Below the pieces are notes generated by a model. It was given only the letters and a program-made list of their open reading frames with translations, was not told where the DNA came from and searched no databases. Below are positions 39,602-49,881 of a stretch of DNA of 58,146 nucleotides, piece by piece. Where the stretch lies: the sequence record SRR20825019_428. The stretch is one strand, 5' to 3'. Both the position numbers and the translations under genes were made by a program. The stretch's first letter is position 1. Every line of letters begins with the position of its first letter.

Positions 39602-39853
39602 TCAATCCTTCATGACGATCTTTGCTGCCGGTGCCCGGCCTTCTGAATCGACAAGCGTCTTGAAGGTCGTCCGCGTGTCTGATTTCTCAAAGCTTTTGGA
39701 GAAGCGGATCATTCCGTCCGATGTTCGCAGCAGCACGTGGTGCTGTCGGCACAGGGCGGCGAGATCACCAAGAAAAGCGGCGGCTTCCTGCTTGGTGAGA
39801 AGCAGCTTCTGATGATCTTTCTGTAACTCGCCGATCAAATTCGGGTCTATCAT
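39602..39853 (-). CDS. Hypothetical small protein (83 aa)
   Basis: Protein-like composition, fills the gap, AAGGGA RBS-like sequence upstream; no recognisable domain. Confidence 0.55.
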   Translation of the reverse strand: MIDPNLIGELQKDHQKLLLTKQEAAAFLGDLAALCRQHHVLLRTSDGMIRFSKSFEKSDTRTTFKTLVDSEGRAPAAKIVMKD

Positions 39854-39880
39854 CGGGTTCCGGTCCCTTGGTCGCGGTCA

Positions 39881-40513
39881 TTGTCTGGATCTCTGGTGGG
39901 CAGAATAGCACTTGAGGATGCTCTGAAGAAACCTGGTCGGGTGATCACTTGGCATGCAGGTGAGCACAACAGGTCACACAAGAGCTCGCAGCGCGAAGAC
40001 TATATCACGGTCGTCCCCAAGGAACTCGCGGGCATGCTGCATGCCATTGGCTCGACGACCACGCTCTATGAGTTTCTGGAAGTTTTCATCGAAGACCTGC
40101 TTTACGAGCGGTTTGCCGCTATGCCGGAATGCGCCGGTGTACCCGATGCGGGCGCCGAACCGGTTCTGGAGTTGCGCGGGTATTTCGATCGCTGGATGGA
40201 GTTCTATGTCCGTGAGGTCATCCCGCCCCTGCCCGATCCATCGGGACCGGCGGGCGCTGCGGGCTTCGTCGACGCCATGAAGCGGCAGCAGCCCCGCTGG
40301 CTTATCCTGGCAAACCAGAACGCGCGTGACGAGGCGCGCTGCATGGAAGGGTTTGAAACCTTGCTTGATGTCGCCGAAACGGTATCGAAGCGTTTCGACC
40401 TACGCCTCGATCTTGAAATGGCCCGCAACGGTTTCAGAAGTATGCTGCGCAGACGCGCGGAATCGGAGGGAAAGCCAGCTGACTGGAGCTTGCTCGATCT
40501 CGAGAAGATCTGA
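39881..40513 (+). CDS. Hypothetical protein (start uncertain)
   Basis: Longest ORF in the gap, helical acidic composition; no recognisable family. Confidence 0.6.
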   Translation: MSGSLVGRIALEDALKKPGRVITWHAGEHNRSHKSSQREDYITVVPKELAGMLHAIGSTTTLYEFLEVFIEDLLYERFAAMPECAGVPDAGAEPVLELRGYFDRWMEFYVREVIPPLPDPSGPAGAAGFVDAMKRQQPRWLILANQNARDEARCMEGFETLLDVAETVSKRFDLRLDLEMARNGFRSMLRRRAESEGKPADWSLLDLEKI

Positions 40514-40579
40514 TTCTTCCCATCAAGGAAAACAGATAACTATTTGATATAAGTAATTATTACTCTGCCTTTGACCCAT

Positions 40580-41227
40580 TTAATAGCTGGTTCTACCTTT
40601 CAAATCCTGAAACGGGATCATCACATGCTCCCGGTAAGCAGGCCGCTCCTTCAGGCGTTCATACCAGGCCTCAACGCGCGGCACGGAGGGCCATTCGAGG
40701 TCCATGCCGAAAAGCCGGTAGAGATTGGTCCCGGTCGGAATATCCGCCAGACCGAATTGTGCGCCACCAAGAAAGTCACGGCCATCCAGGGCATCATTCA
40801 GACGGATTAAACATTGGCTCGTAAGGCTCTGTTTTTCCCGGATCATCGGCCAGTCGCGCTGCGCCTCCGGTGCACGGAAATAACCCCAGAATATGCCGGT
40901 CAGAAAGGCCGGTTGAAGGCTGGTCTGGGACCAATCCATCCATCTGTCGGCCTCCGATCTTGCCGCCGGGTCATCCGGCCAAAGCGCCGCATCGCCAAAA
41001 ACGGCAGCAAGATAGCGCAGGATGGCATGGGATTCCCAGACAACCGTTCCGTCGTGATCAATCACCGGAACCTTGCCGTTCGGGTTCATGGCAAGGAATG
41101 CCGGGTCATCCAGACCGCCTGCCGCGCCGCCCAGTTCCGTGTGCTCGTGTGGCAGATCAAGTTCGCCGATCAGCCACATAACCTTCTGCACATTGAAGGC
41201 GCTGCGCCGTCCCCAGACTTTCAGCAT
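40580..41227 (-). CDS. Glutathione S-transferase family protein
   Basis: WGRRSAFNVQKV, NPNGKVP, WESHAILRYL, FGLADI. Confidence 0.93.
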   Translation of the reverse strand: MLKVWGRRSAFNVQKVMWLIGELDLPHEHTELGGAAGGLDDPAFLAMNPNGKVPVIDHDGTVVWESHAILRYLAAVFGDAALWPDDPAARSEADRWMDWSQTSLQPAFLTGIFWGYFRAPEAQRDWPMIREKQSLTSQCLIRLNDALDGRDFLGGAQFGLADIPTGTNLYRLFGMDLEWPSVPRVEAWYERLKERPAYREHVMIPFQDLKGRTSY

Positions 41228-41403
41228 CGACCCGCTCCCGGTATCCCCATTACAGAACGGTCATTGTAAGGCGCAAAGGCGAATGCGCAATCAGCCGGTC
41301 ACTGCATATCGGGAAACTCACTGACACCGAACGAGCACGCCCTTGCCTGTCATGGGGATCCTAGACTGAGGGATCGAAACCATCCTTCAGGAGATCCGGG
41401 AAT

Positions 41404-42417
41404 ATGGGCGCGGTCAGTGAGTTCGAATACCGCTACAACATGACGATCAAGGCATTTCCGTCACATGCCGAGCCAGCCTTCGAGAGCGCTGCACAGCAGG
41501 AAGAGGTCTGGGGCTGCAAGTGGGGCTGCGACAATGATGTTGGCCAGCTCCGGAAGGTGCTGATGCATCGTCCCGGCGACGAGATGAAGATCATCGACCC
41601 GAAAATGCGCCTTGAGCATCTGGGCTCCTATGGCGATGCCGAGGGCGAGACCTGGTATTGGCGCGGTGACGAGGTTTATCCGGTTGAAGAGCTGCAGGCG
41701 CAGCATGACGGGTTGGCTGATGCGCTGCGCGCCGAAGGTGTCGAGGTTGTCTATCTGAAGCGCTGCGCGCCCGGTAGACACAAGGCGGTCTATACCCGTG
41801 ATTCCTGCATCGGGGTTAAAGGTGGCGCCATCGTCACCCGGCTGGGCCCTATCGTCCGGCGTGGCGAGGAAGCACCGGTTACGGAAACGCTGGGCTCGAT
41901 CGGCATGCCGATCCTGCGCACCATCCATGGCACCGGCCTGATGGAGGGCGGTAGTTTTGTCTGGCTGAACTCGAAAACCGCCGTGATCGGCCGCTCCTCA
42001 AGGGTGAACGAGGAAGGCACGCGACAGGTCGAGGAAGTACTGAACGCTCAGGGTGTCGAGCTGTTGCGCGTCGATCTGACCGGCTACCGGCTGCATATAG
42101 ACGGCACGATGGTGATGGTGGATGTGGATACCGCCATCGTTAATCCAAGTATCCTGCCCTTCTGGTTCCTGGAAAAACTTCAGGAAATGGGTATCCGAAC
42201 CATTGAGGTTCATCCGGACGATCCAACGGGTGTCGTGAACTGCCTCGCCGTCCGGCCGGGACGTGTGATCATGCAATCCAACGTCTCGCCGCGCACGGCG
42301 GAGACCATGGACAAGCTGGGCATCGAGATTATCGAAGTGCCCTACGCCAAGATGTTCCAGGGCGGCGGCGGTATTCATTGCTCAACCTCGCCACTGATCC
42401 GGGATTCCGTGGATTGA
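41404..42417 (+). CDS. Amidinotransferase / dimethylarginine dimethylaminohydrolase family protein
   Basis: LRKVLMHRPG, YTRD, RRGEE, MEGG, LHID, GGGIHCST catalytic Cys motif. Confidence 0.88.
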   Translation: MGAVSEFEYRYNMTIKAFPSHAEPAFESAAQQEEVWGCKWGCDNDVGQLRKVLMHRPGDEMKIIDPKMRLEHLGSYGDAEGETWYWRGDEVYPVEELQAQHDGLADALRAEGVEVVYLKRCAPGRHKAVYTRDSCIGVKGGAIVTRLGPIVRRGEEAPVTETLGSIGMPILRTIHGTGLMEGGSFVWLNSKTAVIGRSSRVNEEGTRQVEEVLNAQGVELLRVDLTGYRLHIDGTMVMVDVDTAIVNPSILPFWFLEKLQEMGIRTIEVHPDDPTGVVNCLAVRPGRVIMQSNVSPRTAETMDKLGIEIIEVPYAKMFQGGGGIHCSTSPLIRDSVD

Positions 42418-42425
42418 TACATTCT

Positions 42426-42449
42426 GCGCCGGGGCTTCGGTCCCGGTGC
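42426..42449. terminator. Hairpin between convergent genes
   Basis: GCGCCGGGGC-TTCG-GTCCCGGTGC with a cUUCGg tetraloop. Confidence 0.6.
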
Positions 42450-42456
42450 GGAATTC

Positions 42457-43233
42457 CTAGATTTCGATCACCAGACCGTCATAACCGGGTTCGGCGCCCG
42501 GCGGGCACTTCGCGAGAGTTTCCTCGTAGTCGAGAGAGGCCGCCATGTGGGTGAAATATGCCCTGCCCGGTTTCACGCGTTCGATCCAGCCGAGCGCGGT
42601 CTCCAGATTGGCGTGGCTGCGGGCCGGATCAATGCGGAGACAGTCCACGATCCAGACCGGGATGTCCTGCAGCCGGTCCAGTTCCGCGTCGGTAAAAATG
42701 GCGACATCGGTCGAGTAAGCGAACACCCCGTTCACCAGCAGGCCAAGAGAGGTACCGCTGGGGCCGTGGTCCTGCTCCGACAACTCAATGGAGAAAGGAC
42801 CTATCTCTAATATATCGCCGGCCGCAATGTCTCGTGCTTTCAGTGGTGAGCGGAAATGTGGCGGGCTGTCCGGCGTTTTTTCGAACATATATTCGAACCG
42901 CTTGAACAAATCGCTCCGGGTCTTTGCATCCATATAGGTTGGGATCTGTTTGTCCGTCCCCCAGCAGAGCGGCCGGATGTCGTCTATCCCGTGCACATGA
43001 TCCGCGTGGCTATGGGTATAGATAATCGCATCCAGATCGGTGACCTGAGCATCCACAAGCTGGTCGTGCAAATCCGGCGTGGTATCGACCAGGATTGTTG
43101 TCCCGCCCTCTTCCAGCAGGATCGACGGGCGCCGTCTGCGGTTCTTCGGGTTTGCCGGATCACATGCGCCCCATCCGTCACCGACAACCGGAACGCCGGA
43201 AGACGGCCCGCATCCGAGCATCGTGATCTTCAT
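42457..43233 (-). CDS. MBL-fold metallo-hydrolase (PhnP-like)
   Basis: LGCGPSSGVP, THSHADHVHGIDD, YSTD, THM, YDGL. Confidence 0.92.
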   Translation of the reverse strand: MKITMLGCGPSSGVPVVGDGWGACDPANPKNRRRRPSILLEEGGTTILVDTTPDLHDQLVDAQVTDLDAIIYTHSHADHVHGIDDIRPLCWGTDKQIPTYMDAKTRSDLFKRFEYMFEKTPDSPPHFRSPLKARDIAAGDILEIGPFSIELSEQDHGPSGTSLGLLVNGVFAYSTDVAIFTDAELDRLQDIPVWIVDCLRIDPARSHANLETALGWIERVKPGRAYFTHMAASLDYEETLAKCPPGAEPGYDGLVIEI

Positions 43234-43241
43234 GGGTGCGA

Positions 43242-44060
43242 TCAGGCCCCGCCATTGAGGGTGATGCCCTCAGGCACAGAAGTCCGCGAGAACAGACGGA
43301 AGAAATTCTGCGTCGTCAGCTTTGCCATTTCCTCCGCCGAGACTCCGCGCAATTCGGCGAGTGCCTGATGGGTATGGGCGACATAGGCAGGCTCATTCCG
43401 TTTGCCCCGCTTTGGCACTGGCGCGAGGTAGGGAGAGTCGGTTTCGACCAGAAGACGGTCCAGCGGTACATCGCGCACCGTCGCGCGGATGTCCTCGGCA
43501 TTCCTGAAGGTGATGATGCCGCTCAGCGAGACATAGAAGCCGATATCCAGCGCCCGCTCGGCCAACCGCCTGCCACTGCTGAAGCAATGCAGGACGCCCG
43601 TGTAGGGCTTGCGGGCATATTCCGCTTCCAGCAGCGCGGCCGTGTCCTCATCCGCATCACGGGCATGGACGATAAGCGGCAGTCCGGTTTCCTGGGCTGC
43701 CCGGATATGGGTGGTGAAGCTGCGGTGCTGCGCATCACGCGGGGCGCTGTCGTAGAAATAATCGAGACCGGACTCGCCGATGCCGACGACTTTCGGATGC
43801 GCGGCAAGCTCGACCAGTTCCTCAACGGATACTTCCGGTTCCTCCCCCGCCTGATGCGGGTGAATGCCGACGGAGCAGAAGACATCGTCATACTGCTCCG
43901 CGATCATGCGGATTTTCGGAAAGGTCGTGACCCGGGTGCTGATCGTCACCATGCGGCAAACACCCGCCTGCCGGGCCCGTTCGATCACCTCGTCCCGTTC
44001 TTCCTCAAAGGTCTCGAAATCGAGATGGCAGTGGGAATCGACGATTGCCGGCGCGTTCAC
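43242..44060 (-). CDS. tatD: TatD family hydrolase
   Basis: DSHCHLD, GIHPH, IGESGLDY, HCFS, ETDSPYLAP. Confidence 0.93.
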   Translation of the reverse strand: MNAPAIVDSHCHLDFETFEEERDEVIERARQAGVCRMVTISTRVTTFPKIRMIAEQYDDVFCSVGIHPHQAGEEPEVSVEELVELAAHPKVVGIGESGLDYFYDSAPRDAQHRSFTTHIRAAQETGLPLIVHARDADEDTAALLEAEYARKPYTGVLHCFSSGRRLAERALDIGFYVSLSGIITFRNAEDIRATVRDVPLDRLLVETDSPYLAPVPKRGKRNEPAYVAHTHQALAELRGVSAEEMAKLTTQNFFRLFSRTSVPEGITLNGGA

Positions 44061-45593
44061 TCAGGCCTCCGCTACTTCCGGTTCGACATACCGCGGGAAG
44101 ACCGGGCTCGGCTTCGGCAGTTCCGTTCCGGGAACCAGCCGGTTTCCCAGAGCAGAGAATTTCCGCTCCTCCTCGGCGAGGGCGAGCTGATCCAGCATCT
44201 TCGCGGCACTGTCCGGGACGACCGGCTGCATCAGCACGCCGAGCACGCGGATGGTATCGGCCAGCACATAAAGCACGGTTGCCATCCGGTCCGGATCGGT
44301 TTTCTTCAGCCCCCAGGGAGCCATCTCATCGACATAGCGATTTGCATCACCGACGATCTGCCAGACCTGATCCAAGGCCTTGTTGAAGGCCTGCGCGTCA
44401 TATGTTTGCCGCAATGTATCGAGCAGAGCTGCCGCCGCGTCCATCAACACCTTGTCCGCGTCGGTAAACTCCCCATGAGCCGGAACTTTACCGTCACAAT
44501 TTTTGGCGATCATCGAGAGAACACGCTGTGACAGGTTGCCGAAATCATTCGCCAGCTCGCTGTTCATCCGGTTGACCATGGCCGTATGGGAATAGTCGCC
44601 ATCATTGCCGAACGGCACTTCACGCAACAGGAAGTAGCGCACCTGATCCAGCCCGTATTTCTCGATCAGCTCCAGCGGATCGATGACATTGCCGACGGAC
44701 TTGGAGATTTTCTGGCCCTCGTTTGTCCACCAGCCGTGCGCGAAGACACGCTTCGGAAGAGGCAGGTCCGCAGCCATCAGGAAAGCGGGCCAGTAGACCG
44801 CGTGGAACCGGAGAATGTCCTTGCCGACCATATGCAGGTCCGCCGGCCAGAAAGCCTTGTAATCGCTGCTCTCTGTATCCGGATATCCAGCCGCCGTGAT
44901 GTAGTTCGTCAGCGCATCAAGCCAGACATACATGATATGGGCGTCGTCGCCCGGAACCTGCACGCCCCACTTGAAGCTGGTGCGGGAGACAGAAAGATCG
45001 CGCAGGCCGGACTTCACGAAGCTCATGACTTCGTTGCGCCGCGCGGACGGAGCGATGAAATCAGGATGCTCCTCGTAATATTTCAGCAGCGGTTCCTGCC
45101 ATTTTGAGAGGTCGAAGAAGTAGCTCGGCTCTTCCACCCATTCGACAGGCGCGCCTGTCGGTGCCTTGCCGTCGACAATTTCGGTTTCGGTGAAGAATGC
45201 TTCGTCACGCACCGAATACCAGCCTTCATAGGCGCCAAGATAGATGTGACCCTTCTCCAGCATCTTGTTCCAGATGGCCTGACAAGCTTTCTTTTGGCGT
45301 TCTTCCGTCGTCCGAATGAAATCGTCGTTCGAAAAATTCATGGCGACCGCAAGGTCGCGGAAATTCTGAGACACCTTGTCAGTGAAGGTTTGCGGATCGA
45401 CGCCGGCATTGGCGGCAGCGGTCTCAACCTTCTGCCCGTGCTCGTCGGTGCCGGTCAGGAATTTGACCTCATAACCGTCGAGACGCTTGAACCGCGCCAG
45501 CGCATCACAGGCAAGCGTCGTATAGGCGTGGCCGATATGAGGCTTGTCGTTTACGTAGTAGATCGGTGTCGTCAGGTAATAATGCGCGCTCAT
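44061..45593 (-). CDS. metG: Methionine--tRNA ligase (short form)
   Basis: TTPIYYVNDKPHIGHAY, GTDEHG, YVWLDAL, GKDI, KISKS; ATG 45593 preferred. Confidence 0.97.
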   Translation of the reverse strand: MSAHYYLTTPIYYVNDKPHIGHAYTTLACDALARFKRLDGYEVKFLTGTDEHGQKVETAAANAGVDPQTFTDKVSQNFRDLAVAMNFSNDDFIRTTEERQKKACQAIWNKMLEKGHIYLGAYEGWYSVRDEAFFTETEIVDGKAPTGAPVEWVEEPSYFFDLSKWQEPLLKYYEEHPDFIAPSARRNEVMSFVKSGLRDLSVSRTSFKWGVQVPGDDAHIMYVWLDALTNYITAAGYPDTESSDYKAFWPADLHMVGKDILRFHAVYWPAFLMAADLPLPKRVFAHGWWTNEGQKISKSVGNVIDPLELIEKYGLDQVRYFLLREVPFGNDGDYSHTAMVNRMNSELANDFGNLSQRVLSMIAKNCDGKVPAHGEFTDADKVLMDAAAALLDTLRQTYDAQAFNKALDQVWQIVGDANRYVDEMAPWGLKKTDPDRMATVLYVLADTIRVLGVLMQPVVPDSAAKMLDQLALAEEERKFSALGNRLVPGTELPKPSPVFPRYVEPEVAEA

Positions 45594-45692
45594 GGAGGTA
45601 TCCGATCGGCGGTCGCTGCCCGCTTCGGCGGACAATCAGTGAATCTGGTGCATTGAGGTACCGCCCGCTCCTGTCAGTTTCAAGGCGAAACG

Positions 45693-46811
45693 TCAGGAAG
45701 CAGCATGATTCGGTGCCAGGGAATAGAACACATCCATCAACAATTGCCGCTTGTCGAGATTGAGGCCGATGCCTTTTCCGAGGAGCGACGTTATCCGGGA
45801 GCGCCGTTCCGCCACACCGGCCGGGCCGAGTGTTTCGGTGAGTTTCTGGGCGGCTGCCCCCATCCCCCTGATCCGGTCGATAGGGGCTTCTCCCGCCGCG
45901 GCATCCCGCGCGATACGCCCGAGCCACCAATCCAGAAGGTTCATCCCGGTCTCAAACGGATCGCTTTCCTCTGCCTTGACCGCACGCGTCCAGCGATCCG
46001 CCAGCTCCAGCAGCGACAGGTCCTGCAGTGACGGATAGCTGCTGAGTGCACCAAAGATGTCCTCAAGTGCGGCAATACCGCCTTCGGCTGCCAGAGCAAG
46101 CGCACGACCGATGCTTCCTTCCGAGATTGCAACCAGGGTTTCAACCGTCGCCGGATCAAGATCTGGTTTGTGAATGCTCAATAACTCGGTGATCTGACCA
46201 TCGGAGAGCGGACCAAGGCGAACGGATCGGCATCGGGATCGGATGGTTGGCAGCAAACGGCCGGGCGTGTGGCTGACAAGGATGATCAGCGCTTGCCGGG
46301 GCGGCTCTTCGAGCAATTTCAGAACAGCATTGGCGGCATTCCTGTTCATCTCGTCCGCGCTGTCGAGAATGACCACGCGCCAGCCGCCGAGCGATGGTGT
46401 CAGTCTCAGGAAGCTGCCGATCTTGCGAACATCGTCAACGACGATCTCGCCACGCATCTTTTTACGTTTCTCATCGTAACCACGCTCGACCACCAGCATA
46501 TCCGGATGGCTTCCGGCGGCGATCTGCGAGAAAACGGGATCGTCACGCGAGACATGAAGATCGGCGGCAGCGGGCGGCAAGGCATCGCCGAAAAGTCCCG
46601 GCCCCTCGTCCTGAACTCCGCCGGACAACACAAAACGGGCAAACCGGTAAGCAAGCGCGGCCTTACCAATTCCCGACGGTCCCGTGATCATCCAGGCATG
46701 AGGGATGCGTCCGGAGGCAATCGCATCATGCATCGCTGCCTCGGCTGTTTTATGGCCGATCAGCATCTCGTTTTCGCGTGGCATAGGGATTGCGCTCTCT
46801 TCGCTCATCAA
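45693..46811 (-). CDS. holB: DNA polymerase III delta' subunit
   Basis: HAWMITGPSGIGK, HPD, AANAVLKLLEEPP, LPTIRSRC. Confidence 0.95.
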   Translation of the reverse strand: MMSEESAIPMPRENEMLIGHKTAEAAMHDAIASGRIPHAWMITGPSGIGKAALAYRFARFVLSGGVQDEGPGLFGDALPPAAADLHVSRDDPVFSQIAAGSHPDMLVVERGYDEKRKKMRGEIVVDDVRKIGSFLRLTPSLGGWRVVILDSADEMNRNAANAVLKLLEEPPRQALIILVSHTPGRLLPTIRSRCRSVRLGPLSDGQITELLSIHKPDLDPATVETLVAISEGSIGRALALAAEGGIAALEDIFGALSSYPSLQDLSLLELADRWTRAVKAEESDPFETGMNLLDWWLGRIARDAAAGEAPIDRIRGMGAAAQKLTETLGPAGVAERRSRITSLLGKGIGLNLDKRQLLMDVFYSLAPNHAAS

Positions 46812-47473
46812 AGCGCTCCCAACCTGCTGTTGACCAGTTTGGCGATCGTCAGGCTTACGGATTCGGCGTCACCGGCGGCGTCGACCAGCGCGACCCTGTC
46901 CGGCTCTCCATCGGCAATCTCCCGGAATCCCTCGCGCATGCGCTGGTGAAATGCGAGTTTCATCCGTTCAAAACGGTCTTCGGCGCCGCGCCGCACCGCT
47001 TCATCCGAGACACGGGTGCGGGCAAGGCCGACTTCGGGATCAAGATCGAGGATAATCGTCAGATCGGGAGTGAGTTCTCCGAGCACGATCTTGTGCAAGG
47101 CCGCGATCTTGCCGCGATCTAGACCATGTCCGTAGCCCTGATAAGCCATGGTGGAATCGGCAAACCGGTCGCAGAGCACCCATTTGCCTTTTTCGAGCGC
47201 GGGTTCAATCAGGCGGCGGACATGGTCCCTGCGGGCGGCATAGAGCAACAGCAGCTCCGTCATCGCATCCCAGCGATCCGGATCACCGGTGACGAGAAGT
47301 TCACGGATTTGCTCCGCTCCGTCCGAACCGCCGGGCTCACGTGTCAGGCAGACCGCTTTTCCCGCCTGTTCCAGTGCCGCCGCCAAAACACGGATCTGGG
47401 TGCTTTTGCCAGCCCCCTCACCGCCTTCAAATGTGATGAAGCGTCCTCTTACAGAGGCCGCGAGATCAGCCAC
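46808..47473 (-). CDS. tmk: Thymidylate kinase
   Basis: FITFEGGEGAGKSTQ, TREPGG, CDRFADSTMAYQG; GTG start near 47473 overlapping the dacA stop. Confidence 0.96.
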   Translation of the reverse strand: MADLAASVRGRFITFEGGEGAGKSTQIRVLAAALEQAGKAVCLTREPGGSDGAEQIRELLVTGDPDRWDAMTELLLLYAARRDHVRRLIEPALEKGKWVLCDRFADSTMAYQGYGHGLDRGKIAALHKIVLGELTPDLTIILDLDPEVGLARTRVSDEAVRRGAEDRFERMKLAFHQRMREGFREIADGEPDRVALVDAAGDAESVSLTIAKLVNSRLGAL

Positions 47474-48656
47474 CACTGCCCCAGACGAGGTATTCGACCG
47501 CAGCGCCAACTTTACCGAAGACGCCAAGCTGGTCCACATCCTCAGCCGCATAAAGCGGGATCGTCACGTCATCCATATCCGGTGCCGAGACTTTCAGCAT
47601 TGCCAGTTGCGTACCGGCTGCAATCGGGGCCGGAACCGGGCCTTCATAGACCACACTGACTTTCATTTTCTGGCGAGAGGAGCGTTTCAGCGTGAGCAAC
47701 ACGTCACTATCGGTCACCAGCGGGACTGTCTTGGCATTTCCCAGCCAGACGTCGGCATCGGCGACAATGGCGCCCTTCTCAAAGAGATTGTAATTATCGA
47801 ATTCCCGGAACCCCCAGTCGAGCAGTGCCTCGCTCTCGCGAGACCGCGCGGCAACGCTGCCCAGACCATTAACGACCAGCACCAGACGGCGGCCATTTCT
47901 GACGGCGGATGCAGTCAAGCCATACCCGGCGGCTTCCGTATGGCCGGTTTTCAGACCGTCCGCGCCCATGTTCTTGTAAAGCAGCGGATTCCGGTTGCCC
48001 TGTTTGATCTTGTTGTAGGTGAACTTCGTTTCCGAATAGATCGGGTAATATTCGGGGAACCGGCGGATGGTCTCGACGGCAAGGCGCGAAAGATCGTGGG
48101 CCGTTGTCCGATGCTCCGGATCCGGCCAGCCTGTTGCGTTACGGAAGGTGCTGCTGGTCAATCCTATCTCATGCGCCCGCCGGGTCATCTCCTCGGCAAA
48201 CGCTTCTTCGGTTCCGCCAAGCGCCTCGGCCAGGGCGATTGCCGCATCGTTACCGCTCTGCACGATAATGCCGTGCAGAATGTCGTGCACAGCGACACGG
48301 GTATTCACTTTCACAAACATCTTCGAGCCGCCCTTGCGCCAGGCCTTCTCGCTGATGGCGATGGTATCGTCCATCGAAAGCCGGCCGTCCTTCAAACGCT
48401 CGAACGCCATGAAGACCGTCATGATTTTCGTCATGGAGGCTGGCGGCATCGGCTTGTCCGCATCCTTTTGATAAAGGATCGTGCCGGTGTCGTAGTCGAG
48501 AAGGATGGCTTCCCGTGCACTTGTCTCAAGCGCGGAAGCCTGTGACACCCAGAGCAGGTTGGCGGCAAGCAGGCCGGTGACAAGCAACCCGGCCCCGCCC
48601 AGGGCACGGCACGTGCTTCCGACTACTGCGTTCCATTTGCCGGTCAATATCATCAT
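47466..48656 (-). CDS. dacA: D-alanyl-D-alanine carboxypeptidase (PBP5/6)
   Basis: PASMTK (SxxK), SGN, KTG motifs. Confidence 0.93.
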   Translation of the reverse strand: MMILTGKWNAVVGSTCRALGGAGLLVTGLLAANLLWVSQASALETSAREAILLDYDTGTILYQKDADKPMPPASMTKIMTVFMAFERLKDGRLSMDDTIAISEKAWRKGGSKMFVKVNTRVAVHDILHGIIVQSGNDAAIALAEALGGTEEAFAEEMTRRAHEIGLTSSTFRNATGWPDPEHRTTAHDLSRLAVETIRRFPEYYPIYSETKFTYNKIKQGNRNPLLYKNMGADGLKTGHTEAAGYGLTASAVRNGRRLVLVVNGLGSVAARSRESEALLDWGFREFDNYNLFEKGAIVADADVWLGNAKTVPLVTDSDVLLTLKRSSRQKMKVSVVYEGPVPAPIAAGTQLAMLKVSAPDMDDVTIPLYAAEDVDQLGVFGKVGAAVEYLVWGSGG

Positions 48657-48809
48657 GAGTTCCCCTCCCGCCCGAATGACGAGACGTTTTGGTCCAACAA
48701 GTTATCGGCTTTCATAGCCCCAAGCGTTTTTCTGCATAATGCACAACTTTGATTGAAATGAGACACAGGGGGGGCTCTTTGCCAATTTTGCGCCTTGTAG
48801 CTATTGTTG

Positions 48810-49787
48810 TTACTCGACGATCACCCGCGCGCCCGGATATCCCCTGCTGATGACGGATTCAAGAATCCGGTCGGCATCCTCCGCCGTTGCCAGCGGGCCA
48901 AGGCGCACACGGTAGAAATATTTTCCATTCACCTGCCGGGGATCGATCCGAACCGGTCCGACATCGGCCAGAATTTGCGTCAGCTTGTCCGCGTTGTTCG
49001 CATTCGTAAACGCGCCGGCCTGAACGTATATTTCGGTAGGCTCCGGCTCGGTCAGAATCACCGTCTGGCTGCGGGACTGGCGCGCGAGATCAATGGCGCT
49101 GCCCTGATCGGCAGGACTTGGTGCTGTGGATACCGCAGGCGGCGGAGGCGTCAGGACGACAGCTCCGGGTATCTTTGAGACACTGCCTTTGGAAACAGCT
49201 ACGCTCGGGGCCGCTTCCGGTGTCGGAACCGGTTCGGGATTCAGGCTGGCGAGCTGCACCGGCTTACCCGACTTATAAGCTTCCGCAAGCCGGCGGCTCT
49301 CCTCCGGCAGGACTTCGACCCGGACCTTCGCGGTTCCCTGGCGTTCGAAGCCCAGAAGCTGCGCGGAACGCCGCGAGAGATCAATGATCCGGCCATGGGC
49401 AAACGGCCCCCGGTCATTCACCCGGACAACCAGGGCGCGGCCATTCTCCAGATTCGTCACCCGCACAACGCTTGGCATCGGCAGGGTGCGATGCGCGGCG
49501 GTAACGGCATTCTGGTCGAAGATCTCGCCATTGGCGGTGTCCTTATTGTGGAAATTCGGCCCGTACCAGGACGCGATGCCCGTTTCAACGTACCCGTAAT
49601 CGGCCTGAGGGTAGTACCAGACACCATTTATCGCGTAAGGAGAACCAACCTTGTAGCGGCCAACCGGCCTCCCATCGGACGTGGCGCTCTGGACCTGCTT
49701 GGCCGTATGCACCACGAACTCGGTCTCCGCACAGGCGGACAGGAACAAGGCAAGCGTCATGAACGAGAGCGTGGCGAGAGGTTTCAT
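48810..49787 (-). CDS. rlpA: Septal ring lytic transglycosylase RlpA (lipoprotein, SPOR domain)
   Basis: LSAC lipobox, GIASWYG, AAHRTLP, VNDRGPF, C-terminal VQAGAF SPOR domain. Confidence 0.95.
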   Translation of the reverse strand: MKPLATLSFMTLALFLSACAETEFVVHTAKQVQSATSDGRPVGRYKVGSPYAINGVWYYPQADYGYVETGIASWYGPNFHNKDTANGEIFDQNAVTAAHRTLPMPSVVRVTNLENGRALVVRVNDRGPFAHGRIIDLSRRSAQLLGFERQGTAKVRVEVLPEESRRLAEAYKSGKPVQLASLNPEPVPTPEAAPSVAVSKGSVSKIPGAVVLTPPPPAVSTAPSPADQGSAIDLARQSRSQTVILTEPEPTEIYVQAGAFTNANNADKLTQILADVGPVRIDPRQVNGKYFYRVRLGPLATAEDADRILESVISRGYPGARVIVE

Positions 49788-49881
49788 GTCTGTCCTTTGG
49801 GTCCGTTCGGCGCCCAGCTTACAACGGATATGCAATTTAAATTACGACACTACCATATCTCGTGGTCGATTTCGCGGTGAA

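Noticed and set aside
44061-45593. MetG lacking zinc-knuckle cysteines and the C-terminal tRNA-binding domain
   Set aside because: Short MetG forms are normal in Alphaproteobacteria
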